DNA of 63,886 bases, filler included, from Acetivibrio sp. (GCF_035371925.1; 3 parts of 3 records of this genome joined end to end with filler, not necessarily neighbours in it), one strand, 5' to 3'. Numbered from the whole stretch's first letter, positions 41,983 to 51,899 are shown. Translations and numbers: made by a program. The notes: generated by a model not told the origin, from the sequence alone.

Positions 41983-43059
41983 GTGAAACCCAATAGCGAT
42001 AAAAAAGCGATTTTGCTTGAGCTTATTGAAAAAGGCAAACAAAAAGGAATGTTAACATACCAGGAAATTATGGATGCATTTGATGAAATTGACATCGATC
42101 CTGAACATATTGAAAAAATATATGAGACGTTGGAAAATATGGGGATAGATGTAGTAGGGGATATAGAAGCGGAAATGGAAGATATCCAGCTTACGGAAGA
42201 TGACTTGGATATTTCCATTCCCGAGGGCATAAGTATAGATGACCCTGTCAGAATGTATTTGAAAGAGATTGGTAAAGTACCTCTTTTAACTGCTGAGGAA
42301 GAGATTGAACTGGCTCACAGAATGGAACAGGGTGATGCCGAAGCTAAAAGAAGATTGGCAGAAGCAAACTTGAGATTGGTTGTAAGTATTGCAAAAAGAT
42401 ATGTGGGAAGAGGCATGCTTTTCCTTGATTTAATTCAAGAAGGAAACCTTGGTCTTATAAAAGCAGTGGAAAAGTTTGATTACAGAAAAGGTTTCAAATT
42501 CAGCACTTATGCCACATGGTGGATTAGACAGGCAATCACCAGGGCAATTGCAGACCAGGCGAGAACCATCAGGATACCTGTTCACATGGTTGAGACCATA
42601 AACAAGCTTATAAGAGTCTCCAGACAGCTCCTGCAAGAGCTGGGAAGGGAGCCTCATCCTGAGGAGATTGCAAAAGAGATGAACATGCCTGTTGAAAAGG
42701 TAAGGGAGATAATGAAAATATCCCAAGAACCTGTTTCTCTTGAGACACCTATAGGTGAAGAGGAAGACAGCCATCTTGGGGACTTTATACCCGATGATGA
42801 TGCTCCGGCGCCGTCGGAAGCGGCTGCTTTTACCCTTTTAAAGGAACAGCTGATAGATGTTTTGGATACTTTGACTCCCAGGGAAGAGAAAGTTTTAAGG
42901 CTTCGATTCGGCTTAGATGACGGTCGCGCCAGGACTCTTGAAGAGGTTGGAAAAGAGTTTAATGTTACAAGGGAAAGAATTCGTCAGATTGAGGCAAAGG
43001 CTTTACGAAAGCTTAGACATCCCAGCAGAAGTAAAAAATTAAAGGATTATTTGGATTAA
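41983..43059 (+). CDS. rpoD: Primary sigma factor SigA
   Basis: [40 protein letters not shown]. Confidence 0.98.
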   Translation: MKPNSDKKAILLELIEKGKQKGMLTYQEIMDAFDEIDIDPEHIEKIYETLENMGIDVVGDIEAEMEDIQLTEDDLDISIPEGISIDDPVRMYLKEIGKVPLLTAEEEIELAHRMEQGDAEAKRRLAEANLRLVVSIAKRYVGRGMLFLDLIQEGNLGLIKAVEKFDYRKGFKFSTYATWWIRQAITRAIADQARTIRIPVHMVETINKLIRVSRQLLQELGREPHPEEIAKEMNMPVEKVREIMKISQEPVSLETPIGEEEDSHLGDFIPDDDAPAPSEAAAFTLLKEQLIDVLDTLTPREEKVLRLRFGLDDGRARTLEEVGKEFNVTRERIRQIEAKALRKLRHPSRSKKLKDYLD

Positions 43060-43064
43060 TTTAT

Positions 43065-43094
43065 AGAGTCAGGAACTGTTACCTGGCTCTTTTC
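43065..43094 (+). terminator. Intrinsic terminator after rpoD
   Basis: AGAGTCAGG/CCTGGCTCT plus TTTT. Confidence 0.75.
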
Positions 43095-43407
43095 ATTGGA
43101 ATTTGTAAAGTAATGGGATAATTATTCGGATAAAAAAATATCCTGCAAATTAGCTGAGTGCATATTTGCAGGAACTAGGGGAGTATAATTATTATACTAG
43201 TAGTATATTAATAGATATAAAAATAAAAATCAAGACATTTTTAAAATTTATTTAAAAAAGTGTTTGGCATAGTCTAACAAAGGAATATGGACAAGATTTA
43301 TATGGAAAATTGTTTAAAAACAGGATTTTGATACGGGCTGCATAAAAAAACATCCTTTGAAGCAATATATGAATGAAATAAAATAATTTAGCAATGGAGT
43401 GAATAAT

Positions 43408-43641
43408 ATGGATGAAATGAACAGAAATGAAGTAGAAATTACAACTTACGACAGATTGCTTCGGGCATGGGAAAATTCAATGGAATTGGTAAGGGATTAT
43501 GAGATGTATTCTAAAAGAATAGAGGACCAAAAGATTAAGGAAGTTTTCAAAAAGTATGCCGAGGAAGAAGGAAAACACGCAACAGAGCTTAGGGAGCTTT
43601 TGCTGGAATATAGGAACAAAAGACTGGAAAATACCAATTAG
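43408..43641 (+). CDS. Small ferritin/rubrerythrin-like helical protein
   Basis: E..EEEGKHA ExxH motif; GGAG RBS. Confidence 0.6.
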   Translation: MDEMNRNEVEITTYDRLLRAWENSMELVRDYEMYSKRIEDQKIKEVFKKYAEEEGKHATELRELLLEYRNKRLENTN

Positions 43642-43761
43642 CACTCAACTTATAGGGTAAGAATAGTCTACGAAAAAAAATCATACATTGAAAATAGGAG
43701 TAAGGCGTTGAAAATAAAAGAAAAACGGTTATAATTGCTTATAGTGCCAGAAAAACGATTC

Positions 43762-43790
43762 TTGACCTGGGAGGGATGCATAAGTATAAT
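43762..43790 (+). promoter_or_regulatory. sigma-A promoter for the tRNA pair (second candidate at 43708-43735)
   Basis: TTGACC-N17-TATAAT. Confidence 0.65.
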
Positions 43791-43830
43791 ATATTTTGTG
43801 TTTAGCAAGTTATTGCTAACGCAAAAATAT

Positions 43831-43906
43831 TCCTCAATAGCTCAGTCGGTAGAGCATGCGGCTGTTAACCGCAGGGTCGTAGGTTCGAGTCCTACTTGAG
43901 GAGCCA
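43831..43906 (+). tRNA. tRNA-Asn(GTT)
   Basis: TCCTCAA/TTGAGGA acceptor stem, GTT anticodon, GGTTCGAGT, CCA. Confidence 0.96.
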
Positions 43907-43909
43907 AAC

Positions 43910-43986
43910 GGGCCTTTAGCTCAGTTGGTTAGAGCAACCGGCTCATAACCGGTTGGTCCGGGGTTCGAGTCCCTGAAGGCCCACCA
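43910..43986 (+). tRNA. tRNA with CAT anticodon, most likely Ile2 (lysidine type)
   Basis: GGGCCTT/AAGGCCC stem, CTCATAA loop; sequence resembles Firmicute tRNA-Ile2 rather than fMet. Confidence 0.9.
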
Positions 43987-43987
43987 A

Positions 43988-44032
43988 AAAATAAAACAAG
44001 GAGTCTATTTTGACTCCTTGTTTTATTTTTTT
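43988..44032. terminator. Terminator after the tRNAs
   Basis: 18-bp inverted repeat AAAATAAAACAAGGAGTC/GACTCCTTGTTTTATTTT. Confidence 0.85.
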
Positions 44033-44220
44033 ATCTCAATAAAAGTGTCAAAACTTTCGCTAAGCTCTCTATGACTTGAGGCAGGGGTGCTTTTTTTATT
44101 TGTGATGACTTGGTGTAAAGGCTCTGTGATGCCGATAGTTATAGTCTCAAAAGGTTTTTCGGTGTCCCGTTTCTTTTGCAGTTATAGTTTAAAAGAAAAA
44201 TTACCAAAGGCAATAATACA

Positions 44221-44320
44221 NNNNNNNNNNNNNNNNNNNNNNNNNNNNNNNNNNNNNNNNNNNNTTAATTAATTAANNNNNNNNNNNNNNNNNNNNNNNN
44301 NNNNNNNNNNNNNNNNNNNN
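44221..44320. other. Artificial contig spacer
   Basis: N-run with TTAATTAATTAA; 100 nt. Confidence 0.97.
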
Positions 44321-44929
44321 GTTTTCAAAGATCAACTTGCTATTTAAGGCCAGCTATTTTATGTTAACTTCTTCTTGGTGGTCTTCTTGTTATGCACTTT
44401 TTTCAAATCAGGAGCTTTAAAAATCATTCATATTTTTTCTCAAAAACTCTTGACTATTATTAGCTGGTCTTTCAAATATTGAAAAAGTATAGATAAATTA
44501 TTTTTATAATTTATTTAATGTTTGATTGAAATCAATAAAAACCCAGACTAGTTACCCTAATTAAACTTAAGGTACCAGTTTGCAAAAACACACTGAATCT
44601 TCTTGCTTTAAAACAACGTGCTTAAAACTATAGGTTTTGCTGTCAGTATTTATTATGTATACATTATGGGTTAGGCCCTTGGGCAAGACGGGATGCTATT
44701 TGTTCATCACCTAAAATTCCGTCTATTTTCGAAATTTCAAATTTGTAATTATGAACAGACTGCTTTTTCATATCGGGAGGAACAAAACTAGAAGAGCAAT
44801 TTGGCTGTAACTTTGATGAAATGTACAAACTGTTGTGTGTCGCTTCTTTGCCGGAGAATTACAGGTTTCGCCTTTTACGGCATTTTAAACTTTATGAAAT
44901 AAGCTTTCATTAGAATTCTTTTATTGACC

Positions 44930-45307
44930 GTCATTATCTATGCACTTCTTTGCTGCCTAGTAACGGACCCAGTACCGAATGCCTTCGTTCTTATGTCAAC
45001 TTGCGTTTCATTGGTTTTGATTCCTCCGGAAAAATACATCTTGAAATTGTGTCCTGCGTATCCCAGTCCTGCGGTCTATTTCCCTGACACTCAAGTCTTG
45101 CATGAATTAGATTTTTCTGATATCCTCTAATTGTGCCGTCTTAGTCATACCGCTCCTCCTGTATGTTCAGTTAATTAACATAATCATGCTGGGGACTTGA
45201 TTAAGGTAGCCTATTTTCTACCGGCAACCTAATCACTGTTGTGTTTTCAGATTAACCAATGCATCTTTGCCGACCTATCTTTTGATAAGCTTGTTTTGTG
45301 ATTTACA
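44930..45307 (-). pseudogene. Decayed IS21-family left end and istA 5' remnant
   Basis: Minus strand: TGTAAAT end at 45307, AGGAGG RBS, ATG 45148 giving MTKTAQLEDIRKI*FMQDLSVREIDRRTG, a frameshift, then DTISR...HSVLGP. Confidence 0.7.
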
Positions 45308-45354
45308 TAATTATCAAGGAGAATACACTTATGTTGACTTTTCGCATTATTAAT

Positions 45355-45378
45355 GTAACAATATGCCCATTTTGTTAC
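45355..45378 (+). repeat. 24-bp quasi-palindromic putative recombination site A
   Basis: GTAACAATATGCCCATTTTGTTAC; exact reverse complement of 46290-46313. Confidence 0.85.
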
Positions 45379-45615
45379 ATTGCCAATAGCACAAAAATTA
45401 TTATTGTTAGCATGTTTAATATTAATAATATTTTTTTTTAATTTTTTTCGTATAAAAAACCATGTATCTTTTTTATAATATTTATGATAAATTTATATAA
45501 GCAACGGCAGTTGCAATATATTATTTTATTAGAGATATAAGAGAATTCGGGTGGCGTTACGGAAACACCAATACGCTTAGCAATTAACAACTTTTGGTAG
45601 GGGAGGGACAGGTTA

Positions 45616-46176
45616 ATGACCGTAGAACCTATTCGAAACAAAGCAAAAATCAAGCAAATGTATTATTATTTAAACGGTAAAGATCCAAAATACGGTCTGC
45701 TGTTTAAATTCGGCTTGAACACAGGCCTGAGAATTAGCGATATTTTGCCCTTAAAAGTTAAAGATGTTTATACAGCAGACCATCGTTTTCGGGAATATCT
45801 TATCCTTAAAGAAAAGAAAACCGACAAAGAGAAAAAAATAAAAATCAATGATTCCCTCAAAAAAGAAATAGACAATTATGTGAGAACTCATAACTTGACG
45901 CAAGAAGATTGCCTGTTTGCAAGCAAAAAAGGTGGGCATATAGGTAGAATCCAGAGCTACCGTGTATTGCGTGAGGCTGCTGAAGCTGTAGGTATTGAGA
46001 ACTTTGGAACTCACAGCCTGCGCAAAACATGGGGGTATTGGACTTACAAGATGTCCAGCTATAATATTGGACTTATTATGGATACATTCAACCACAGCTC
46101 ACAACGGATAACACTGCGTTACATAGGGGTAAATCAGGACCAAAAAGATGAGCTGTATTCTTTGGTTCAATTTTAA
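45616..46176 (+). CDS. Short tyrosine recombinase (catalytic domain only)
   Basis: GLRISD, EKKT, HSLRK, FNHSS, TLRYI (R-K-H-R-H-Y set); GGGAGG RBS. Confidence 0.93.
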   Translation: MTVEPIRNKAKIKQMYYYLNGKDPKYGLLFKFGLNTGLRISDILPLKVKDVYTADHRFREYLILKEKKTDKEKKIKINDSLKKEIDNYVRTHNLTQEDCLFASKKGGHIGRIQSYRVLREAAEAVGIENFGTHSLRKTWGYWTYKMSSYNIGLIMDTFNHSSQRITLRYIGVNQDQKDELYSLVQF

Positions 46177-46184
46177 AACGGTAT

Positions 46185-46225
46185 AAAGTCCCAAACTATC
46201 AACAAAATAGTTTGGGGCTTTTATT
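46185..46225 (+). terminator. Terminator after the recombinase gene
   Basis: AAAGTCCCAAACTAT/ATAGTTTGGGGCTTT stem plus T-tail. Confidence 0.75.
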
Positions 46226-46289
46226 TATTTTATAAAAAATTTAAAACATGCAGGAAAAAAAAATATCACGTCGAAGTATATATTTTAAA

Positions 46290-46313
46290 GTAACAAAATG
46301 GGCATATTGTTAC
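46290..46313 (-). repeat. 24-bp putative recombination site B (inverted copy of site A)
   Basis: GTAACAAAATGGGCATATTGTTAC on the + strand. Confidence 0.85.
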
Positions 46314-46421
46314 TTTGAATCGCAGGAAAATCCTTCCTTATCCTTAGTCCTCTTACTTTCTTTTTAAATTCGTTTTCTTCCCTAATAATTCATAACCTTA
46401 AACTTGAGCATTACAACCGGA

Positions 46422-46450
46422 TTGACCTAATGTAAATGCTTGGCTATAAT
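46422..46450 (+). promoter_or_regulatory. sigma-A promoter for the AraC gene
   Basis: TTGACC-N17-TATAAT. Confidence 0.65.
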
Positions 46451-46478
46451 TAATAATAAAATAAGGGCAGGGATTGGA

Positions 46479-47402
46479 ATGGATTTATTTACAAGAAGCT
46501 ATGATAAAGATTGGAACCGTATTGTATACTTAAAAGTATTGGAAAATCAAGAAACATATCTTCATTTAAAGGATAACCGGACATGTAAATTAATCCTTTT
46601 TCTTGAGGGGTATTCTACCGTAAAATATAATAATCAAACAGTATTTATCAATGCTCCTTCTGTTATTTGCTTGAATCATCTGGATACTATAGAATTTGAC
46701 AATAACCCTGACTGCAAAATAATAGCCCTCTTCTTCAAACCGGCTGCCTTAAACGATCAATTGGAATATACTCTATTCGATAAAAATCTTTATGAAAAAA
46801 TGGTAGGAACAACGCTGTTTCAAGATATGGTCTTGTTAAGCTCATTTTATGATATTAACAATTCAAAACGTGAGTTTATACTATTAGATGCTGTTTCTGC
46901 CGTCAGCCTAACACGATTACTAAAGAAAATAAATAAAGAGCTAGCAGAGCAATCAGATGGATATTGGCCATGCAGAAGCAAGTCTTACTTTATTGAATTG
47001 CTCTTTTTTCTGGAGGGATTACGTTGTAACGAGTCATTGCAAAACCTGAGTATCGAATTGGATAAAAACAGTATTGTGCATAGCATCGTCCAGTATCTCA
47101 ATCAAAACATAGATAAGAAAATTACGCTTGAACATTTAGAAAAAACATTTGCATGCAATAGAAATCAAATTAATAAAGAATTTCAAAAGGAACTGAATAC
47201 GACAGTAATGAAATATTTTACCCAAATGAGAATGCAGCTAGCCGGCATTTTGTTAAGAGACACCGAAATACCGATACTCGATGTTGCACTCAGAGTAGGG
47301 TATTCCGATGCCGGTTATTTTTCCAAAGCGTTTAAATTATATTACGGTATTTCCCCCAGCGAATATCGTAATTCCTTTTATTCTACGATTTCACCGGCTT
47401 GA
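46479..47402 (+). CDS. AraC family transcriptional regulator
   Basis: C-terminal double HTH, RVGYSDAGYFSKAFK..YGISPSEYR. Confidence 0.9.
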   Translation: MDLFTRSYDKDWNRIVYLKVLENQETYLHLKDNRTCKLILFLEGYSTVKYNNQTVFINAPSVICLNHLDTIEFDNNPDCKIIALFFKPAALNDQLEYTLFDKNLYEKMVGTTLFQDMVLLSSFYDINNSKREFILLDAVSAVSLTRLLKKINKELAEQSDGYWPCRSKSYFIELLFFLEGLRCNESLQNLSIELDKNSIVHSIVQYLNQNIDKKITLEHLEKTFACNRNQINKEFQKELNTTVMKYFTQMRMQLAGILLRDTEIPILDVALRVGYSDAGYFSKAFKLYYGISPSEYRNSFYSTISPA

Positions 47403-47932
47403 TAGGTTCCGCTTAAAACTCCGGTTGCAAGTATGTTCCCGGTTGACCCCTTTGAAGTATCAAGAGCTTCAATAATCTTGTCCATCGATGAATTCGGATT
47501 GTCAAAGTCACCCTCATAGGAATCCGGAGAGTCCTTTAAGGCAAATATCATAACCTCATATGTATGAACTCCGCCCGGCGGATAAGGGCCAATGTATTGG
47601 CTGTTTTCAAGCTCCGCTCCCAGCTTGAGTTCCGTCACCTTGACGTCCTTTGCAATCCAGTGGCACCAATTGCTTGCTGAGATATCAATCATATAGATGG
47701 CATAACACGAAGCATTTTCAACCGGCGTCCAAGATAATTGGGGTGATTTATTTTCACCCAATGATGCTGTGATAACAGATTTCCATTTTCCGTCACTGTT
47801 TAGGGAAGAAGAAGTAATCTGAATTTCCTCTCCCGGCTTGATCGCCTTCAAAGACTGTTCCGGTTTCGAGCAAGCAGAAAAGGTTAGAGTAACAAATGCA
47901 CATATGACAAGAAATACAGTCAATCGTTTCAT
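47378..47932 (-). CDS. YbhB/YbcL (PEBP) family lipoprotein
   Basis: Lipobox FSAC; SPQLSW, MIDISA..WCHW, YIGPYPP.G.HTY motifs. Confidence 0.8.
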   Translation of the reverse strand: MKRLTVFLVICAFVTLTFSACSKPEQSLKAIKPGEEIQITSSSLNSDGKWKSVITASLGENKSPQLSWTPVENASCYAIYMIDISASNWCHWIAKDVKVTELKLGAELENSQYIGPYPPGGVHTYEVMIFALKDSPDSYEGDFDNPNSSMDKIIEALDTSKGSTGNILATGVLSGTYQAGEIVE

Positions 47933-48080
47933 GAAATCCCTCCCAACTTTATTCAATATAAATTGTAATGGAAGTTGAGATTACATGGAATAAAAAATCT
48001 GCACAGATACTTGGAGAATTTGCACAGATAAGCCTAATTTATAATTTGATGAATTAACAAATCTTTACAGTGTTTTTGTG

Positions 48081-48914
48081 CTAAAGTAAGGGATTTTTTC
48101 TAAGCACATGCATTGTTCCAACAATTGCAAAGTACAATAGAATCAGAAAAAGCCCCAGAACCTTCAATATCATTTTGTCATATACAAAAAAGCAGAAAAC
48201 AGCAGCTAAAGTCACACATATCCCTATGTTTACAACACATCTTTCCATCTTTATAAGCTTCAAAAAGCCTTTCGCTTCCTTATTCGTCGGGTCAATACTC
48301 AAAACTTTTTCAAAAATTTTTTTTGCTTTGCGCCAATTTCCAAGATAAGCCTCTGCCTTTCCTGCAAACAGCAGTTTATTTTTTTCAGAAGCTTTTGTGT
48401 TCATATATATCCCAACCAACTCTCTCAAATAGTCTTTTCCTCTCTTTTTGCAAGCATGAAGCAAGCATTGAAGTACGATAGTATTTGTATAATCTTTGCT
48501 AAAGGCTTCCTCCATCATCCTTATACCTTCTTCTTTTTTACCTCTTTTCCACAACGAAAATCCGTACAAAGCCCGGGCATCGGCATCTTTTGAATATACA
48601 TTGCTTATTTGGTTGTAACATTGCTCGACACTATCATAGTCACCTTTTTCAATGTAATAAAACATCATCGCTACATATACTGTAAACGGACTGATACCGT
48701 ATTTTAATGCGTTTTGACACAATTCTATTGAATTATCAATTCTGCCCACGTGATACTCGCATATGGCCATTAAATAATAACCGTCGGGAAACTCCGGATA
48801 TTTTGATATTAAATCCGATGCAATTGACCTGGCCTTTTCAAAGCGCTCCATGCTGATAAAGTATTGTATCCGCTTACTCATTTCATAGTGTTCCGTATTA
48901 AATCTATATCTCAT
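48081..48914 (-). CDS. TPR-repeat protein with C-terminal TM helices
   Basis: Repeated helical TPR-like units (A...F.K.L..DP.N..A); two terminal hydrophobic segments. Confidence 0.75.
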   Translation of the reverse strand: MRYRFNTEHYEMSKRIQYFISMERFEKARSIASDLISKYPEFPDGYYLMAICEYHVGRIDNSIELCQNALKYGISPFTVYVAMMFYYIEKGDYDSVEQCYNQISNVYSKDADARALYGFSLWKRGKKEEGIRMMEEAFSKDYTNTIVLQCLLHACKKRGKDYLRELVGIYMNTKASEKNKLLFAGKAEAYLGNWRKAKKIFEKVLSIDPTNKEAKGFLKLIKMERCVVNIGICVTLAAVFCFFVYDKMILKVLGLFLILLYFAIVGTMHVLRKNPLL

Positions 48915-48919
48915 CGTAA

Positions 48920-50209
48920 TCAGCCTCCGAGATATCTTTTGTATTTTTTCAAGAACACTTCCACCTCTTTAAACATACCGCTTCTGCTTCCGTATTTTAA
49001 ATAAGTCTCCATTATTCCAAACCAATCAAGAGTTGAAGGATTTGTCTTGTCTATAGCCAAAAGTAAATCTCTCATACCAATTTTTCTTTCCGTTCCCGTT
49101 TTCATAATTGAATTAATTGCATTCTCAGCTGCGATTTCAACTACATTTTCAATATCCGCGCCGGAATACAATTGAGTCCTTCCTGCAAGTAACCTATAAT
49201 CTATATTTTCAATGGGCCTTCCCTTAAGTTTTAAAGCAAATATCTCCTTTCTTGAATCTAAATCCGGGGGCATTACAAAAATAAGCCTGTCAAAACGCCC
49301 TGGTCTTATTAAGGCAGGGTCAACATCCCAAGGCATGCTGGTAGCACCAATGACAAGTATTTTTTCGTTTTTGCTTTGTATACCTTCAAGCTCAACAAGA
49401 AACTGATTAATAACATGTCTCGTGTTCTCACTTGACACTTTTGCACGGTTAAAACCAATCATATCCATATCATCAAAGAACAGTACGCAAGGACTTTTTT
49501 CCCTCGCCTTTGAAAATCTTTCTTTAATTTTTTCAGGCCTTACTCCAAAATACGGTTCCAGAACGTCTGTTATACGTACCGGAATAAAATTTGCTTTACA
49601 CTCACCTGCAATTGCTTTTGCAATAAGGGATTTTCCGCATCCCGGGGGGCCATAGAGAAGAGTAGCTCTTCCCAATTTCTTCTTGAATTTCTCATACAAC
49701 TTCTGAGAAGTAAAAGGCTTTATAACTTGCATTTTTAAAATGTCTTTTAGATCATCAAGTCCTCCGACATCAGAAAAAGTAATGCTTTTATCTTTGGCTT
49801 CATCCAATGGGACATATTCTTTCCTCTTTCCTTCTATAACCTTAAATGATACAGGCTTATCAGAAACCTCTTTTTTATTTAATTCCAAATCTTCAGATAA
49901 TTTTTCCCGATTTTGGCAATTCTCATTGTCTTCTACATCATTATATTTTTGTAAATTTAATGGGTCTTGACTATTATCATTAGATACGGATTCTTTATTA
50001 TTAGAGTAAAGCGACTTTGATAAATTGCTGAGAGTTGTAACTATCTCGTTTTTAATACTATCATCACAATATTTTAATGCTTCTAAAAATGCATCTACAG
50101 CTTTTATAATATTATTATTTTGAGCGTATTCGAGCCCAAGCAGATACCAAGCATTACTATCTTCCGGATTTGCTTCTATCAGCTTATTTATGAGTTCAAT
50201 TTTATCCAT
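48920..50209 (-). CDS. AAA ATPase (CDC48/FtsH-like clade) with N-terminal TPR
   Basis: TFSDVGGL, GPPGCGKS, VLFFDD, ALIRPGRFD; N-terminal NP..AWY.LG TPR. Confidence 0.85.
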   Translation of the reverse strand: MDKIELINKLIEANPEDSNAWYLLGLEYAQNNNIIKAVDAFLEALKYCDDSIKNEIVTTLSNLSKSLYSNNKESVSNDNSQDPLNLQKYNDVEDNENCQNREKLSEDLELNKKEVSDKPVSFKVIEGKRKEYVPLDEAKDKSITFSDVGGLDDLKDILKMQVIKPFTSQKLYEKFKKKLGRATLLYGPPGCGKSLIAKAIAGECKANFIPVRITDVLEPYFGVRPEKIKERFSKAREKSPCVLFFDDMDMIGFNRAKVSSENTRHVINQFLVELEGIQSKNEKILVIGATSMPWDVDPALIRPGRFDRLIFVMPPDLDSRKEIFALKLKGRPIENIDYRLLAGRTQLYSGADIENVVEIAAENAINSIMKTGTERKIGMRDLLLAIDKTNPSTLDWFGIMETYLKYGSRSGMFKEVEVFLKKYKRYLGG

Positions 50210-50413
50210 TTTAACCCCTCATAAAGTGATTATCAAATTCATTATATCATAAATATATGCCACTACTAACAAAAATAAGGTAACAAATCATAGCTAATGC
50301 ATGAATAATCTCCAATCATGAATTCCTTAAATAGCAATGCTCATTTTGTAATATCTTGAGTCCAGGGCGGGAAATGTCTAGAGAATAGGGATATAAATCG
50401 AAAAATGATGAGG

Positions 50414-51899
50414 ATTTGAATTCCTCATAGGTACGATAAAAACTGTATAAACAATGTATGGTACAATGTTTGTGTAAGGGTTTCAATTCCTCATAGGTAC
50501 GATAAAAACCTCATAGTCTACACCGGAGACAAAAAGTGTCTTAGCGTTTCAATTCCTCATAGGTACGATAAAAACGAGGAGAACCGCAAGTATTCCCTGT
50601 TGAAAAAGGGGTTTCAATTCCTCATAGGTACGATAAAAACTTTAAGTATAACATAGCTTTTTTACGTTGTCAATAGGTTTCAATTCCTCATAGGTACGAT
50701 AAAAACTGAAGACCTTCCTTTCTTAACGAGCACATGTTACGCGTTTCAATTCCTCATAGGTACGATAAAAACGTTGACTATCTCGGTTATCAATTCCATC
50801 AGTGGCGGGTTTCAATTCCTCATAGGTACGATAAAAACGTCTGTTTCTTGGAAATACCAAGTGCCGCGGCTAAGGTTTCAATTCCTCATAGGTACGATAA
50901 AAACTATTTTTTCGCCATGTTCCCATATCCTGCATGCTATGTTTCAATTCCTCATAGGTACGATAAAAACCATAATTTTCAAACTCTTCTAAAAAATCAT
51001 TGAAACGTTTCAATTCCTCATAGGTACGATAAAAACCCGTGTGCATTTGTGGCGCCTATGGATAGGGCCTTGAGTTTCAATTCCTCATAGGTACGATAAA
51101 AACAATGATATGCAATCCCGAACTCATGATATAGCTTGAGTTTCAATTCCTCATAGGTACGATAAAAACAATTTTGGGCTTGCAATATATATTGGTATGT
51201 AGTAGTTTCAATTCCTCATAGGTACGATAAAAACGACAGGCGTTGCCGCAATGGAGAGTGGAGCCGATGATGTTTCAATTCCTCATAGGTACGATAAAAA
51301 CGCTGTGCCAGATGTACTTGTTGTTTACCTGCCGCTGGTTTCAATTCCTCATAGGTACGATAAAAACTAAAGGCACAAAAAAAGGGCCAGGAGCAGCTCC
51401 AGTAGTTTCAATTCCTCATAGGTACGATAAAAACCAGTTATTGAGCCTATCATGAACGCGATATCGGCAGGTTTCAATTCCTCATAGGTACGATAAAAAC
51501 TATCACATCGTTATTATATAGTCAATGATTATTTATGTTTCAATTCCTCATAGGTACGATAAAAACTATGTCAATGCTGGCTAAAAACTAACTTAATATT
51601 TGGTTTCAATTCCTCATAGGTACGATAAAAACCTGGTATATTTCCCCGCCGCAACCTTCGCAGTATGCGTTTCAATTCCTCATAGGTACGATAAAAACGA
51701 AAAGGCAATAAACACATTTTCGCCATTTGTAGAAAGTTTCAATTCCTCATAGGTACGATAAAAACCTTTATGTAGGCGGTTACGCTGGAAAAGTCTACAA
51801 GCGTTTCAATTCCTCATAGGTACGATAAAAACCACTTTGTTGTAGCAACAGGTCTTATTGGTAACAAAAGTTTCAATTCCTCATAGGTACGATAAAAAC
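50414..51899 (-). CRISPR. Type I-B CRISPR array: 23 repeats, 22 spacers of 35-37 bp; repeat GTTTTTATCGTACCTATGAGGAATTGAAAC (minus strand)
   Basis: 30-bp repeat counted by hand; degenerate terminal repeat at 50414; AT-rich leader toward cas2. Confidence 0.98.

Noticed and set aside
43141..43173. 10-bp inverted repeat TCCTGCAAAT/ATTTGCAGGA downstream of rpoD
   Set aside because: Single occurrence; best explained as a minus-strand terminator or ordinary operator; nothing to link it to.
44087..44272. ORF after the tRNA pair running into the gap
   Set aside because: Open only because of the Ns; too short to assign, although tRNA-adjacent integration cannot be excluded.
44924..45130. 68-aa plus-strand ORF
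   Set aside because: Antisense shadow of the IS21 istA remnant.
45312..45339. dif-like half-sites (TTATGTTGACT here; similar at 44359 and 44653)
   Set aside because: Only the XerD-like arm matches; no plausible left arm at 6-bp spacing; such AT-rich matches arise easily by chance.
50734..51455. ORFs called inside the CRISPR array
   Set aside because: Artefacts of repeat periodicity (repeated VSIPHRYDKN / FQFLIGTIKT).
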